A stretch of 64,000 bases of DNA, from contig JBKGZP010000003.1 of assembly GCA_046543335.1 (NCBI GenBank), positions 6,472-70,471 of the forward strand, read 5' to 3'. Positions 9,497 to 18,734 of this stretch are shown here, piece after piece (the first letter of the stretch is position 1; the number at the start of each line of letters is the position of its first letter). The position numbers and the translations under genes were made by a program. Below the pieces are notes generated by a model. That model ran no database searches. It had not been told where the DNA came from and worked only from the letters and a program-made list of their open reading frames with translations. This DNA comes from Halobacteriales archaeon (GTDB lineage: Archaea > Halobacteriota > Halobacteria > Halobacteriales > SKSH01).

Positions 9497-11151
9497 GCAC
9501 CCTCGAAGCGCCCGAGGCACCCGAGGCGGTCGACCTCGACGCGATCCTCGAGAGGCTCGACGACCGCGTGCTCGACACCGAGGAGCACCGCAACGCCCCC
9601 GCGATCGTCATCCGGGCCGACGAGGTCGAGGCGGTGCTCGCCGTGCTCCGCGACGAGTTCGGCTTCGACCACCTCTCGTGCGTCTCCGCCGAGGAGTTCC
9701 CGGACCGCTACGAGAGCGTCTACCACCTCAAGCAGTACGCCGACCCGACGAACGAGCTGAGCGTCGTCGTGCCGACCGATCGCGACGCACCGGTCTCGCA
9801 AAGTGCCGCCGGCGTCTTCGAGACGGCGAACTGGCACGAGCGCGAGGCGTACGACCTCGTGGGCATCGAGTACGAAGGCCACCCCGACCTGAAGCGCATC
9901 CTCCTGCCGGAGTCGTGGCACGGCCACCCGCTGACGGACGACTACAACCAGGACAAGCCCCAGGTCGTCTCCTATCACGCCCACGAGAACCCGCTGCTCG
10001 AGCACGTCGAGGGCGCCGAGAGCGACACGATGCTGATCAACATCGGGCCGCACCACCCGGCGACGCACGGCGTGTTGCACCTGCTCGTCACGCTCGACGG
10101 CGAGCAGGTCGTCGACGTCGAGCCCGACATCGGCTACCTCCACCGCTGCGAGGAGCAGATGTGCGAGCAGGGCACCTACCGCCACCAGATCATGCCCTAC
10201 CCCGACCGGTGGGACTACGCGTCGGCGGGCCTCCTCAACGAGTGGGCCTACGCCCGGGCCGCCGAGGACCTCGCGGACATCGAGGTGCCCGAGTACGCCC
10301 AGGTCATCCGGACGATGGGCGCCGAGCTCAGCCGGATGGCCGCGCACTTCCTCGCGCTCGGGACCTTCGTGCTCGACATCTACGGCGAGTTCAACGCGCT
10401 GTCGATGTACGCGATCCGCGACCGCGAGCGGGTCCAGAAGCTGCTCGAGGACCTCACGGGTCAGCGGCTCATGTTCAACTACCTCCGCCTGGGCGGCGTC
10501 GCCTGGGACCTGCCGGAGCCGCGAGCGGAGTTCTTCGCCGACGTGCGGGAGTTCACGGACGAGCTGCTGCCCGAGGCGATGGACGAGTACCACGACCTGC
10601 TGACGAACAACGAGATCTTCCAGCTGCGCTGCGTCGACATCGGCGTCCTCGAGCCCGAGGTCGCCAAGCAGTACGGCGCCACCGGCCCGGTCGCCCGCGC
10701 CTCCGGGATCGACTACGACCTCCGCCGGGACGACCCCTACGGCATCTACGACCAGCTCGACTGGGACGTCGTCACGCTCGACGGCGGCGACATCTTCTCG
10801 CGCGTCATGGTGCGCGTGCGCGAGGTGGAGGAGTCCGCCAGAATCGTCCGGCAGTGCATCGACATCCTCGAGGACTGGGACGAGGACGACCGCACCATCC
10901 AGGCGAACGTGCCGCGCACCCTGAAGCCCGACCCCGACACGCGGGTCTACCGCGCCGTCGAGGGCGCCAAGGGCGAGCTCGGCATCTACATCCGCGCCGA
11001 CGGGACGGACACGCCGGGCCGGTTCAAGATCCGCAGCCCGAGCTTCTCGAACCTCTCGACGCTGCCGGAGATGGCCGAGGGGGGATTCGTGCCGGACCTG
11101 ATCGCCTCGCTGGGTAGCATCGACATCATCCTCGGGGAGGTGGACCGCTGA
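9493..11151 (+). CDS. nuoCD: Fused subunit C/D of the NADH-quinone oxidoreductase-like complex
   Basis: 552 aa. The N-terminal part is NuoC-like (ANWHEREAYDLVGIEYEGHP) and the rest is NuoD (GPHHPATHGVLHL). The start overlaps the nuoB stop. Confidence 0.92.
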   Translation: MSTLEAPEAPEAVDLDAILERLDDRVLDTEEHRNAPAIVIRADEVEAVLAVLRDEFGFDHLSCVSAEEFPDRYESVYHLKQYADPTNELSVVVPTDRDAPVSQSAAGVFETANWHEREAYDLVGIEYEGHPDLKRILLPESWHGHPLTDDYNQDKPQVVSYHAHENPLLEHVEGAESDTMLINIGPHHPATHGVLHLLVTLDGEQVVDVEPDIGYLHRCEEQMCEQGTYRHQIMPYPDRWDYASAGLLNEWAYARAAEDLADIEVPEYAQVIRTMGAELSRMAAHFLALGTFVLDIYGEFNALSMYAIRDRERVQKLLEDLTGQRLMFNYLRLGGVAWDLPEPRAEFFADVREFTDELLPEAMDEYHDLLTNNEIFQLRCVDIGVLEPEVAKQYGATGPVARASGIDYDLRRDDPYGIYDQLDWDVVTLDGGDIFSRVMVRVREVEESARIVRQCIDILEDWDEDDRTIQANVPRTLKPDPDTRVYRAVEGAKGELGIYIRADGTDTPGRFKIRSPSFSNLSTLPEMAEGGFVPDLIASLGSIDIILGEVDR

Positions 11152-12221
11152 TGGGCCCGCTGCAGGCGGACACGGTGCTCCTGCCCGAGCGCCTCGTCGA
11201 CTGGCTCGGGCTCGAGGGCCTCGGCGTCCTCGGCGAGTTCGTCGCCGGCCTGCTGGCGGCGTTCCTCATCGCCAACCTGATGCTGGTGATGACGGCCGTC
11301 GCCGGCCCGTGGGCCAAGCGCAAGATCCGCGCGCGCTTCACCGACGCGGTCGCGGTCAACCGCATCGGCCCGTTCGGCCTGCTCATCATCGTCGCGGACG
11401 CCGTCCGGCTGCTCTCGAAGGAGATCATCGTCCCCGAGGGTGCCGACCGACCGGCGTACGAGCTCGCGCCGATCGTCGTCGCCATGAGCGCGCTCCTCGG
11501 GTTCGCCGTCATCCCGATGGGCAACGGCATCCAGCTCGCCGACCCGGAGGTCGGCCTCGTGTACGTCTTCGCGGTCGCCTCGCTCGCCAGCCTCGGCCTC
11601 GTGATGGGCGGCTACGCCTCGAACAACAAGTTCTCCCTCCTCGGCGGCCTCCGGGCGGTGGCGCAGAACCTGGCGTACGAGATCCCGCTCGTGCTGGTCG
11701 CCGCCTCGGTCGTCGTCTTCGCCGGCTCGTTGCAGATGAGCGAGATCGTCGCCGCCCAGGACCAGGCGCTGTTCACCGTCGCCGGCTTCCAGGTCAAGGC
11801 CTGGTTCGCCCTCGTCAACCCCTTCGCCTTCGCGCTGTTCGTCGTCGCGAACCTGGCGGAGGTCGGGCGCAACCCCTTCGACACGCCCGAGGCACCGAAC
11901 GAGATCGTCGCCGGGTACCAGACGGAGTACTCCGGCGTCTACTTCGTGCTGTTCTACCTCGGCGAGTTCATCCACATCTTCCTCGGCGGCGCGATCATCG
12001 CGACGCTGTTCCTCGGCGGCCCGGCCGGGCCGATCCTGCCCGACTTCGTCTGGTTCCTCGTCAAGATCTGGGCCGTCTTCCTGTTCACCCAGTGGTGCCG
12101 CTCGGCCGTCCCCCGGGTGCGCATCGACCAGCTGCTCAGCATCGGCTGGAAGGGCTTGCTGATCCTGAGCTTCCTGAACCTCATCCTGACCGCGATCGTC
12201 GTGGGGGTGATCAGCGCATGA
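11151..12221 (+). CDS. nuoH: NADH-quinone oxidoreductase-like complex, subunit H
   Basis: 356 aa polytopic protein with NuoH motifs (RNPFDTPEAPNEIVAGYQTEYSG). The start overlaps the nuoCD stop (TGATG). Confidence 0.92.
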   Translation: MGPLQADTVLLPERLVDWLGLEGLGVLGEFVAGLLAAFLIANLMLVMTAVAGPWAKRKIRARFTDAVAVNRIGPFGLLIIVADAVRLLSKEIIVPEGADRPAYELAPIVVAMSALLGFAVIPMGNGIQLADPEVGLVYVFAVASLASLGLVMGGYASNNKFSLLGGLRAVAQNLAYEIPLVLVAASVVVFAGSLQMSEIVAAQDQALFTVAGFQVKAWFALVNPFAFALFVVANLAEVGRNPFDTPEAPNEIVAGYQTEYSGVYFVLFYLGEFIHIFLGGAIIATLFLGGPAGPILPDFVWFLVKIWAVFLFTQWCRSAVPRVRIDQLLSIGWKGLLILSFLNLILTAIVVGVISA

Positions 12222-12679
12222 TCGGCGTCTTCCGCTCGCTCGCGACGACGATGAAGCACGCCCTGAAGGGCGAGACCTTCACCGTGCAGTACCCGGACGT
12301 GCCGCCGGAGGTCAGCCCGCGATTCCGGGGCGTGCACAAGTACAGCCAGGAGCGGTGCATCTGGTGTCGCCAGTGCGAGAACGTCTGCCCGAACGACACG
12401 ATCCACATCGTGATGGACGAACAGCGCCAGGGCGAGCAGTACAACCTCCACGTCGGGCAGTGCGTCTACTGCCGGCTGTGCGAGGAGGTCTGCCCGACGG
12501 ACGCGATCGTCCTCACCCAGAACTTCGAATTCACGGGCGACACCAAGGACGACCTGGCGTTCAACAAGGAGCAGCTCAAGTCCGTCCCCTGGTACGACGA
12601 CCTGGACCCGCTCGCCGAGCGCGAGCCCGACCGGGGCTCGTGGGTCGGCGAGGGCGAGGGGCCGGTCGACTACCAGTAA
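12218..12679 (+). CDS. nuoI: NADH-quinone oxidoreductase-like complex, subunit I (2x[4Fe-4S])
   Basis: ATG 12218 overlaps the nuoH stop. Two ferredoxin motifs, CIWCRQCENVCP and CVYCRLCEEVCP. Confidence 0.92.
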   Translation: MIGVFRSLATTMKHALKGETFTVQYPDVPPEVSPRFRGVHKYSQERCIWCRQCENVCPNDTIHIVMDEQRQGEQYNLHVGQCVYCRLCEEVCPTDAIVLTQNFEFTGDTKDDLAFNKEQLKSVPWYDDLDPLAEREPDRGSWVGEGEGPVDYQ

Positions 12680-12737
12680 GCCGGCCGGAAGGGGCGTCTC
12701 GAAATCTTCAAAGGCCCGCCAAGAGCAGGGAACAACA

Positions 12738-13013
12738 ATGGCCGAACTCGAGCTCCTCGCCTTTGTGTTGTTTGCCGCCGTGACGCTGGGTGCGAGCATC
12801 GGGGTCGTCCTCGTCCGTCGGCCCTGGCACGCGGCCTTGCTGCTCGGGGGGTCGCTGTTGAGCGTGGCGATCCACTACGTCATGCTCCAGGCGGAGTTCC
12901 TCGCCGTGATGCAGGTGCTGGTGTACGTTGGCGGGGTGCTCGTGCTCATCACGTTCGCGGTCATGCTGACCGCCCGCGAGGGCGTCACCGTCGGGGGTGG
13001 CCTCCGCTCATGA
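12738..13013 (+). CDS. nuoJ1: NADH-quinone oxidoreductase-like complex, subunit J, N-terminal part (J1)
   Basis: 91 aa, three TM segments, NuoJ-like (LQAEFLAVMQVLVYVGGVLVLITF). Confidence 0.85.
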   Translation: MAELELLAFVLFAAVTLGASIGVVLVRRPWHAALLLGGSLLSVAIHYVMLQAEFLAVMQVLVYVGGVLVLITFAVMLTAREGVTVGGGLRS

Positions 13014-13336
13014 CGACGCGACCGCGCCTGCGCCTCGGCGCCCACCTCCTCCCGGGGGTCGTCGCCGTGGCGCTGTTCGTCGTGCTGGCGTACGTCTCCC
13101 TGCGGGCGGACCTGGGCGAGGTCGTCGGCTTCCCCGAGGGCGAGAGCATCACCCGGAACATCGGCTTCGCGCTGTTCGACATCCCGACGTCCATCCCCTC
13201 CGAGGGGTTCCTGGCGGCGTTCTTGCTGATCGCGCTCGTGCTCGACGCGGCGCTCGACGGCGCCGTCTTGCTCGCCCGACGCGAGGAGGGTGGCCGGATG
13301 GTCACCGCACTCCGCGCTGGAGGTGAGGAGGAGTGA
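13010..13336 (+). CDS. nuoJ2: NADH-quinone oxidoreductase-like complex, subunit J, C-terminal part (J2)
   Basis: 108 aa. ATG overlaps the J1 stop (ATGA). The position between J1 and nuoK matches the split nuoJ seen in haloarchaea. Confidence 0.75.
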   Translation: MTTRPRLRLGAHLLPGVVAVALFVVLAYVSLRADLGEVVGFPEGESITRNIGFALFDIPTSIPSEGFLAAFLLIALVLDAALDGAVLLARREEGGRMVTALRAGGEEE

Positions 13337-13638
13337 CGGTCCCGATCGAGTACTACCTCGTGCTCGCCTCGGCGGTCTTCGCCGTGGGGCTGTTCGGGAT
13401 CCTCACCCGTCGCAACGCCCTGATGTTCCTCATGTCCGTCGAGCTGTTGCTCAACGCCGCGAACATCAACCTGGTCGCGTTCTCCCTGCTGCACGGCTCG
13501 CTCACCGGGCAGGTGTTCGCGCTGTTCGTGATGGCGCTGGCCGCCGCCGAGGTCGCGGTGGGCATCGGCATCATCCTGGCGCTGTACCGCAACTTCGGCG
13601 AGATCGACGTCACCCTCGCGGACACCATGAGGTGGTAG
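13333..13638 (+). CDS. nuoK: NADH-quinone oxidoreductase-like complex, subunit K
   Basis: 101 aa, GTG start preceded by GGAGGTGAGGAGGA. NuoK-like sequence ([19 protein letters not shown]). Confidence 0.9.
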   Translation: MTVPIEYYLVLASAVFAVGLFGILTRRNALMFLMSVELLLNAANINLVAFSLLHGSLTGQVFALFVMALAAAEVAVGIGIILALYRNFGEIDVTLADTMRW

Positions 13639-13641
13639 CCG

Positions 13642-15657
13642 ATGGTGGACCTGCTCACCGCCGCGCCCGCGATCGCCCTCCTGCCGCTGGCGTCGTTCGT
13701 CATCGCGCTCGCCTTCGGGCGCATGCTGCCGCTGAAGGGGGCGATACCGGGCATCGTCGCCACGCTCGGCTCGCTCGTGCTCTCGGTGGGGGCGTTCCTC
13801 ACCGTCGCCGACGGCCGCGTCCACCACGAGGAGCTGTTCGTCTGGGCCGGCGCCGGCGAGTCCCTCGAGTTGACCCTGGGCGTCCTCATCGACCCGCTGT
13901 CGGCGCTGATGCTCGTCATCGTCTCGCTGATCGCGTTCCTCGTGCACGTCTTCAGCGTCGGGTACATGAACCGGGACCCCGACCACGCCGAACGCGGCGG
14001 CCTGCCGCGGTACTACGCCTCCCTCGGGCTGTTCTCCTTCAGCATGCTGGCGTTCGTCTTCGCGAGCAACCTCCTGATGGCGTTCATGTTCTTCGAGCTC
14101 GTGGGCCTGTGCTCGTACCTGCTCATCGGCTTCTGGTACCGCGACCTGGCGCCGCCATCGGCGGCGAAGAAGGCCTTCTTGGTGACCCGCTTCGGCGACT
14201 ACTTCTTCCTCATCGGCGTCGTCGCCGTCTTCGCCACGTTCGGGACGGCCGCCTTCGCCGGCGAGGGGAGCTTCCCGCAGGTCGCCAACGACGTGCTCAC
14301 GGGCGCGAGCGGGTCGGTCGAGACCTTCGGCTTCGAGGCCGAGACCTGGTTCACCATCGTCGGGCTGCTCATCCTCGGTGGCGTCATCGGCAAGTCCGCG
14401 CAGTTCCCGCTGCACACGTGGCTGCCGGACGCCATGGAGGGTCCCACGCCCGTCTCGGCGCTGATCCACGCCGCGACGATGGTCGCCGCGGGCGTCTACC
14501 TCGTCGCGCGGATGTACGGCTACTACGCCATCCTGCCGACGGCCCTGGGCGTCATCGCCTTCGTCGGGGCGTTCACCGCGCTGTTCGCCGCCACCATGGG
14601 CGTCGTCAAGGACGACATCAAGCAGGTCCTCGCCTACTCCACCATCTCGCAGTACGGCTACATGATGCTCGGCCTCGGCGTCGGCGGCTTCGTGGCGGGG
14701 ACCTTCCACCTCATGAACCACGCGTTCTTCAAGGCGCTGTTGTTCCTGGGGGCGGGCTCGGTCATCGTGATGACCCACCACGAGCAGGACATGTGGAAGC
14801 TCGGCGGGCTCAAAGAGCGGGCGCCCGTGACCTACTGGACGTTCGTCGCCGGCTCCCTCGCGCTGGCGGGGATCATCCCGTTCTCCGGCTTCTGGAGCAA
14901 GGACGAGATCCTCTACGAGGCGCTCGTCGCCGGGTTCGAGACGCCCGTGTTGCTCCTGGCGTACCTGATGGCGCTGGTGGCGGTCTTCTTCACCGGCTTT
15001 TACACCATCCGGATGCTGCTCCTGACGTTTCACGGCGAGGCGCGCTCCGAACACGCGGCGGAGGCCCACCCGGTCGGCTGGCCGATCAAGGTCCCGCTGC
15101 TCGTCCTCGGCGTCCTCGCCGTCGCCTCCGGGCTCGTCAACATGGTGCCGGTCGCGGAGGTGACGGGCGCGCACGTCGAGTACCTCGCCGAGTGGCTCGA
15201 CGGACCCATCGACGAGACCGCGTACAGCACCTACGCCGCGCTGACGCACGAGACGGTCCCGCACGCCGACCTGACGCCGCTCCTGCCGGCGGTGGTGTCC
15301 CTCGCGCTCGCACTCGCCGGTGCCGGCCTGGCGTACCGCACCTACGCCGGCACCGAGCCGCAGCGCCAGGTCGACCGGTACGGCACCCTGGGTCGCCTCG
15401 CCGAGCGCAACTACTACCTCGACGAGGTGCAGGTTTGGCTGGCGTCCGGACTCACCGCCCGGCTGGCCGGCGTCGCCGACCTCTTCGACCAGGTCGTCAT
15501 CGACGGCCTCGTGAACGCCGCCTCGAGCGTCAGCCTGTTCGTCTCCGGCCGGATCAAGCGGCTCCAGACGGGGGTCGTGACCTCCTACGCGGCGATGCTA
15601 CTCACGGCACTCCTGATCATGCTCCTGTTCTTCGGTCTGTACGGGGGGTGGTTCTAG
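13642..15657 (+). CDS. nuoL: NADH-quinone oxidoreductase-like complex, subunit L (antiporter-like)
   Basis: 671 aa, Mrp/NuoL-type sequence (GKSAQFPLHTWLPDAMEGPTPVSALIHAATMV). Confidence 0.92.
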   Translation: MVDLLTAAPAIALLPLASFVIALAFGRMLPLKGAIPGIVATLGSLVLSVGAFLTVADGRVHHEELFVWAGAGESLELTLGVLIDPLSALMLVIVSLIAFLVHVFSVGYMNRDPDHAERGGLPRYYASLGLFSFSMLAFVFASNLLMAFMFFELVGLCSYLLIGFWYRDLAPPSAAKKAFLVTRFGDYFFLIGVVAVFATFGTAAFAGEGSFPQVANDVLTGASGSVETFGFEAETWFTIVGLLILGGVIGKSAQFPLHTWLPDAMEGPTPVSALIHAATMVAAGVYLVARMYGYYAILPTALGVIAFVGAFTALFAATMGVVKDDIKQVLAYSTISQYGYMMLGLGVGGFVAGTFHLMNHAFFKALLFLGAGSVIVMTHHEQDMWKLGGLKERAPVTYWTFVAGSLALAGIIPFSGFWSKDEILYEALVAGFETPVLLLAYLMALVAVFFTGFYTIRMLLLTFHGEARSEHAAEAHPVGWPIKVPLLVLGVLAVASGLVNMVPVAEVTGAHVEYLAEWLDGPIDETAYSTYAALTHETVPHADLTPLLPAVVSLALALAGAGLAYRTYAGTEPQRQVDRYGTLGRLAERNYYLDEVQVWLASGLTARLAGVADLFDQVVIDGLVNAASSVSLFVSGRIKRLQTGVVTSYAAMLLTALLIMLLFFGLYGGWF

Positions 15658-17190
15658 ATGCTGCTCGAGGCGCTGATCGTCGCGACGCTTTTGGCCGCGG
15701 GCGTGGTCTTCCTCGCCCCCGACCGCTACGCGGGACGCCTCGCGTTCTGGCTGAGCCTCCTCCCCCTCGCGGGCAGCCTCTGGCTGTTCCTCGCCTTCGA
15801 CGGCAGCGGCAACGCGCTCGTCGTCGGTGCCGACGTCGCCTTCGAGACCGACGTCCAGTGGTTCGCCCTGACGGACCTCTACACCCTGAACTGGCACGTC
15901 GGGCTCGACGGCATCAGTCTCCCCCTGGTCGTGCTCTCGACCGTCCTGACCACCCTGGCGATCGTCAGCGCCTGGACGCCCATCGACGAGCGACAGTCCC
16001 AGTTCTACGGCCTCGTGCTCTTCCTCGAGGCGGCGCTGATCGGCGTCTTCTGCGCCCTGGACTTCTTCGTCTGGTTCGTCTTCTGGGAGGCCGTCCTCAT
16101 CCCGATGTACCTGCTGATCGGCGTCTGGGGCGGCGCGCGGCGCAAGTACGCCGCGATCAAGTTCTTCGTCTACACCAACATCGCCAGCCTGGTCATGTTC
16201 ATCGGCTTCGTCGCGCTGGTGTTCGGCCTGGGCGACGCGGTCGGCTCGTTCGACATGGTCGACGTGGCCCAGGCGCTCGCGGTGACCGAGCCCGACGCCG
16301 TCGGCTGGATCGACGCGGGCACCCTCAAGGCGGCCGCGTTCGCCGCCATGTTCGTCGGCTTCGCCGTGAAGGTGCCAATCGTCCCCTTCCACACCTGGCT
16401 GCCCGACGCCCACGTCGAGGCACCGACGCCGGCGTCGATCCTGCTAGCGGGCGTGCTGTTGAAGATGGGCACCTACGCCCTGTTGCGGTTCAACTTCACG
16501 ATGCTGCCCGAGCAGGCCATCGCGTTCGCCGAGATCATCGCCGTCGTCGCCGTCGTGAGCGTGATCTACGGGGCGATGCTCGCGCTGGCCCAGCGCGACC
16601 TCAAGCGCATCGTCGCGTACTCCTCGGTCTCGTCGATGGGCTACGTCATCCTCGGGCTGATGGCACTGACGCTGTACGGCGTCGGCGGGGCGACGTTCCA
16701 GATGGTCGCCCACGGGCTCATCTCCGGGCTGCTGTTCATGCTCGTCGGCATCATCTACAACGAGACGCACACCCGGATGGTCTCGGACATCGCCGGGCTG
16801 GCCGACCGGATGCCGCTGACCGTCGCCGGGTTCGTCGCGGGGGCCTTCGCGTACATGGGGCTCCCGTTGATGGCGGGCTTCGCCGGCGAGTTCTTCATCT
16901 TCGTCGGCTCGTTCGGCTCCGAGCACTTGCCAGCGTCCCACGTGGTCACGCCGGCGGCGATGTTCGGCATCGTCGTGGTGGCCGGCTACTACCTGTGGGC
17001 GATGCAGCGCACGTTCTTCGGCCCGTACGAGCTCGCCGACGGCCACGACGTCGGCGTCGCGCCGATCCACGACCTGCTGGCGGTCGGCGTCCTGCTCGGC
17101 CTGATCGTGCTGCTCGGGGTGGCCCCCGACCTGATCTTCGACATGATCCGCGACGCGACCGCACCGATCCTCCCGGGAGGTGGCGCCTGA
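15658..17190 (+). CDS. nuoM: NADH-quinone oxidoreductase-like complex, subunit M (antiporter-like)
   Basis: 510 aa with motif VKVPIVPFHTWLPDAHVEAPTPASILLAGVLLKMG. Confidence 0.92.
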   Translation: MLLEALIVATLLAAGVVFLAPDRYAGRLAFWLSLLPLAGSLWLFLAFDGSGNALVVGADVAFETDVQWFALTDLYTLNWHVGLDGISLPLVVLSTVLTTLAIVSAWTPIDERQSQFYGLVLFLEAALIGVFCALDFFVWFVFWEAVLIPMYLLIGVWGGARRKYAAIKFFVYTNIASLVMFIGFVALVFGLGDAVGSFDMVDVAQALAVTEPDAVGWIDAGTLKAAAFAAMFVGFAVKVPIVPFHTWLPDAHVEAPTPASILLAGVLLKMGTYALLRFNFTMLPEQAIAFAEIIAVVAVVSVIYGAMLALAQRDLKRIVAYSSVSSMGYVILGLMALTLYGVGGATFQMVAHGLISGLLFMLVGIIYNETHTRMVSDIAGLADRMPLTVAGFVAGAFAYMGLPLMAGFAGEFFIFVGSFGSEHLPASHVVTPAAMFGIVVVAGYYLWAMQRTFFGPYELADGHDVGVAPIHDLLAVGVLLGLIVLLGVAPDLIFDMIRDATAPILPGGGA

Positions 17191-17191
17191 G

Positions 17192-18691
17192 ATGGTCGAA
17201 CCGCTCGACGCCTGGACGGCCCTGCTTCCGGTCATCCTGCTCGCCGTCACGGCCCTCGTGCTGTTCGGGCTCGACAGCCTGCGCCGCCAGCCGATCGATC
17301 ACCGCCTGCTGACGGGCACGGCGGCGCTCGGGACGATCCTGGCGCTGGCCGTCTCGGTCTGGTACCTCGCCGTCGGCGTGGGCGATCCCGACGATCGCGG
17401 CGTCATCGAGCTGTTCGCCGACACGATCGTCGTCGACCAGATGGCGCTTTGGTTCACGATCGTCGTCGGGGTCGTGACGCTCCTCGTCGTCCTCGCGAGC
17501 CACGACTACCTCGGCGACGAGCCCCACCGGGGCGAGTTCTACTCGCTCGTGCTCCTGGCGGCGACGGGGATGGCGACGATGGCCGCCGCGAACAGCCTCG
17601 TCACCGCCTTCATCGCCCTCGAGCTGGCGAGCCTGCCGTCGTACGCCCTCGTGGCCTTCTTCAAGGGCAACCGCGGCAGCGTCGAGGGGGGTCTGAAGTA
17701 CTTCCTCATCGGGGCGCTGTCGAGCTCGATCTTCGTCTACGGCATCAGCCTGGTCTACGGCGCCACCGGCGCCTTGCAGTTCGACGCGGTCGCCGCCGGC
17801 TTGAGCGCCGACCACACGGGGCTGCTGGCGCTCGGGCTGTTGTTCGTCGTCGGCGGCGTCGCGTTCAAGACCGCCTCGGTGCCGTTTCACTTCTGGGCGC
17901 CCGACGCCTACGTCGGTGCGCCCGCGCCGGTCGCCGCGTTCGTCTCCTCGGCCTCGAAGGCCGCGGGCTTCGTGATCGCGTTTCGCATCTTCGTCGAGGC
18001 GTTCCCCCTGGGCGTCGTCCTCGACATGGGCGTCGACTGGGTGTTCGTCTTCCAGGTGCTCGCCGTCGTGACCATGACGCTCGGCAACCTGGCCGCGGCG
18101 ACCCAGACCGAGGTCAAGCGGATGCTGGCGTACTCCTCGATCGGCCATGCCGGCTACGTCCTCATCGCCCTGGCCGCGCTCACCGACGGGGGGCTGTACA
18201 ACGACCTGGTGCTCGGCGCCGGGATGTTGCACCTGCTCGTCTACGGCGTGATGAACACCGGCGCGTTCCTGTTCGTCGCCCTCGTCGAGTACTGGGACCT
18301 CGGCCGCGGTTTCGACGATCTGAACGGCCTCGGCCGGCGCGCGCCGATCCTCAGCGTGGCGATGACGGTGTTGCTGTTCAACCTGGCGGGTCTGCCCGTC
18401 GGCGGCGGCTTCCTCACCAAGTACGTGCTGTTCGCCGGGGCGGTCAGCGCCGGCTTCTGGTGGCTCGCCGCCGTCGGGGCGCTCAACAGCGCGCTGTCGC
18501 TGTTCTACTACTCCCGGATCGTCAAGGCGATGTGGATCGAGGAGCCCGACGAGGACATGCACGTCGGCGGCTACCCCCTCGGGCTGTACGCCGTGGTGAT
18601 CGCGGCGGCGGTGCTCACGGTCGTGGCGCTGCCCGCGTTCGGCCCGCTCGCCGAGGCCGCGATCGACGCCGCCGGGACGCTGCTGGCCTGA
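17192..18691 (+). CDS. nuoN: NADH-quinone oxidoreductase-like complex, subunit N (antiporter-like)
   Basis: ATG 17192 lies 1 nt after the nuoM stop, with GGAGGTGG 8 nt upstream. The ORF track starts at GTG 17180. Motif FKTASVPFHFWAPDAYVGAPAPVAAF. Confidence 0.9.
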   Translation: MVEPLDAWTALLPVILLAVTALVLFGLDSLRRQPIDHRLLTGTAALGTILALAVSVWYLAVGVGDPDDRGVIELFADTIVVDQMALWFTIVVGVVTLLVVLASHDYLGDEPHRGEFYSLVLLAATGMATMAAANSLVTAFIALELASLPSYALVAFFKGNRGSVEGGLKYFLIGALSSSIFVYGISLVYGATGALQFDAVAAGLSADHTGLLALGLLFVVGGVAFKTASVPFHFWAPDAYVGAPAPVAAFVSSASKAAGFVIAFRIFVEAFPLGVVLDMGVDWVFVFQVLAVVTMTLGNLAAATQTEVKRMLAYSSIGHAGYVLIALAALTDGGLYNDLVLGAGMLHLLVYGVMNTGAFLFVALVEYWDLGRGFDDLNGLGRRAPILSVAMTVLLFNLAGLPVGGGFLTKYVLFAGAVSAGFWWLAAVGALNSALSLFYYSRIVKAMWIEEPDEDMHVGGYPLGLYAVVIAAAVLTVVALPAFGPLAEAAIDAAGTLLA

Positions 18692-18734
18692 GCGCCGACA
18701 GGGTTTACCGACACACGGCCGAAGCGAGGAGGCG

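Noticed and set aside
12738-13336. Possibility that nuoJ is a frameshifted pseudogene, since it appears as two short ORFs.
   Set aside because: The two parts are joined by a clean ATGA stop-start overlap, and both retain TM and hydrophobic character. Split nuoJ1/nuoJ2 is the normal haloarchaeal arrangement.
13290-17312. 1340-aa ORF on the plus strand, the longest in the track.
   Set aside because: It is an alternative frame running through nuoJ2, nuoK, nuoL and nuoM. Its composition is dominated by Arg, Pro, Gly and Ala with no recognisable motif, while the overlapping frames encode textbook Nuo subunits. It is a GC-driven stop-codon-poor shadow frame.
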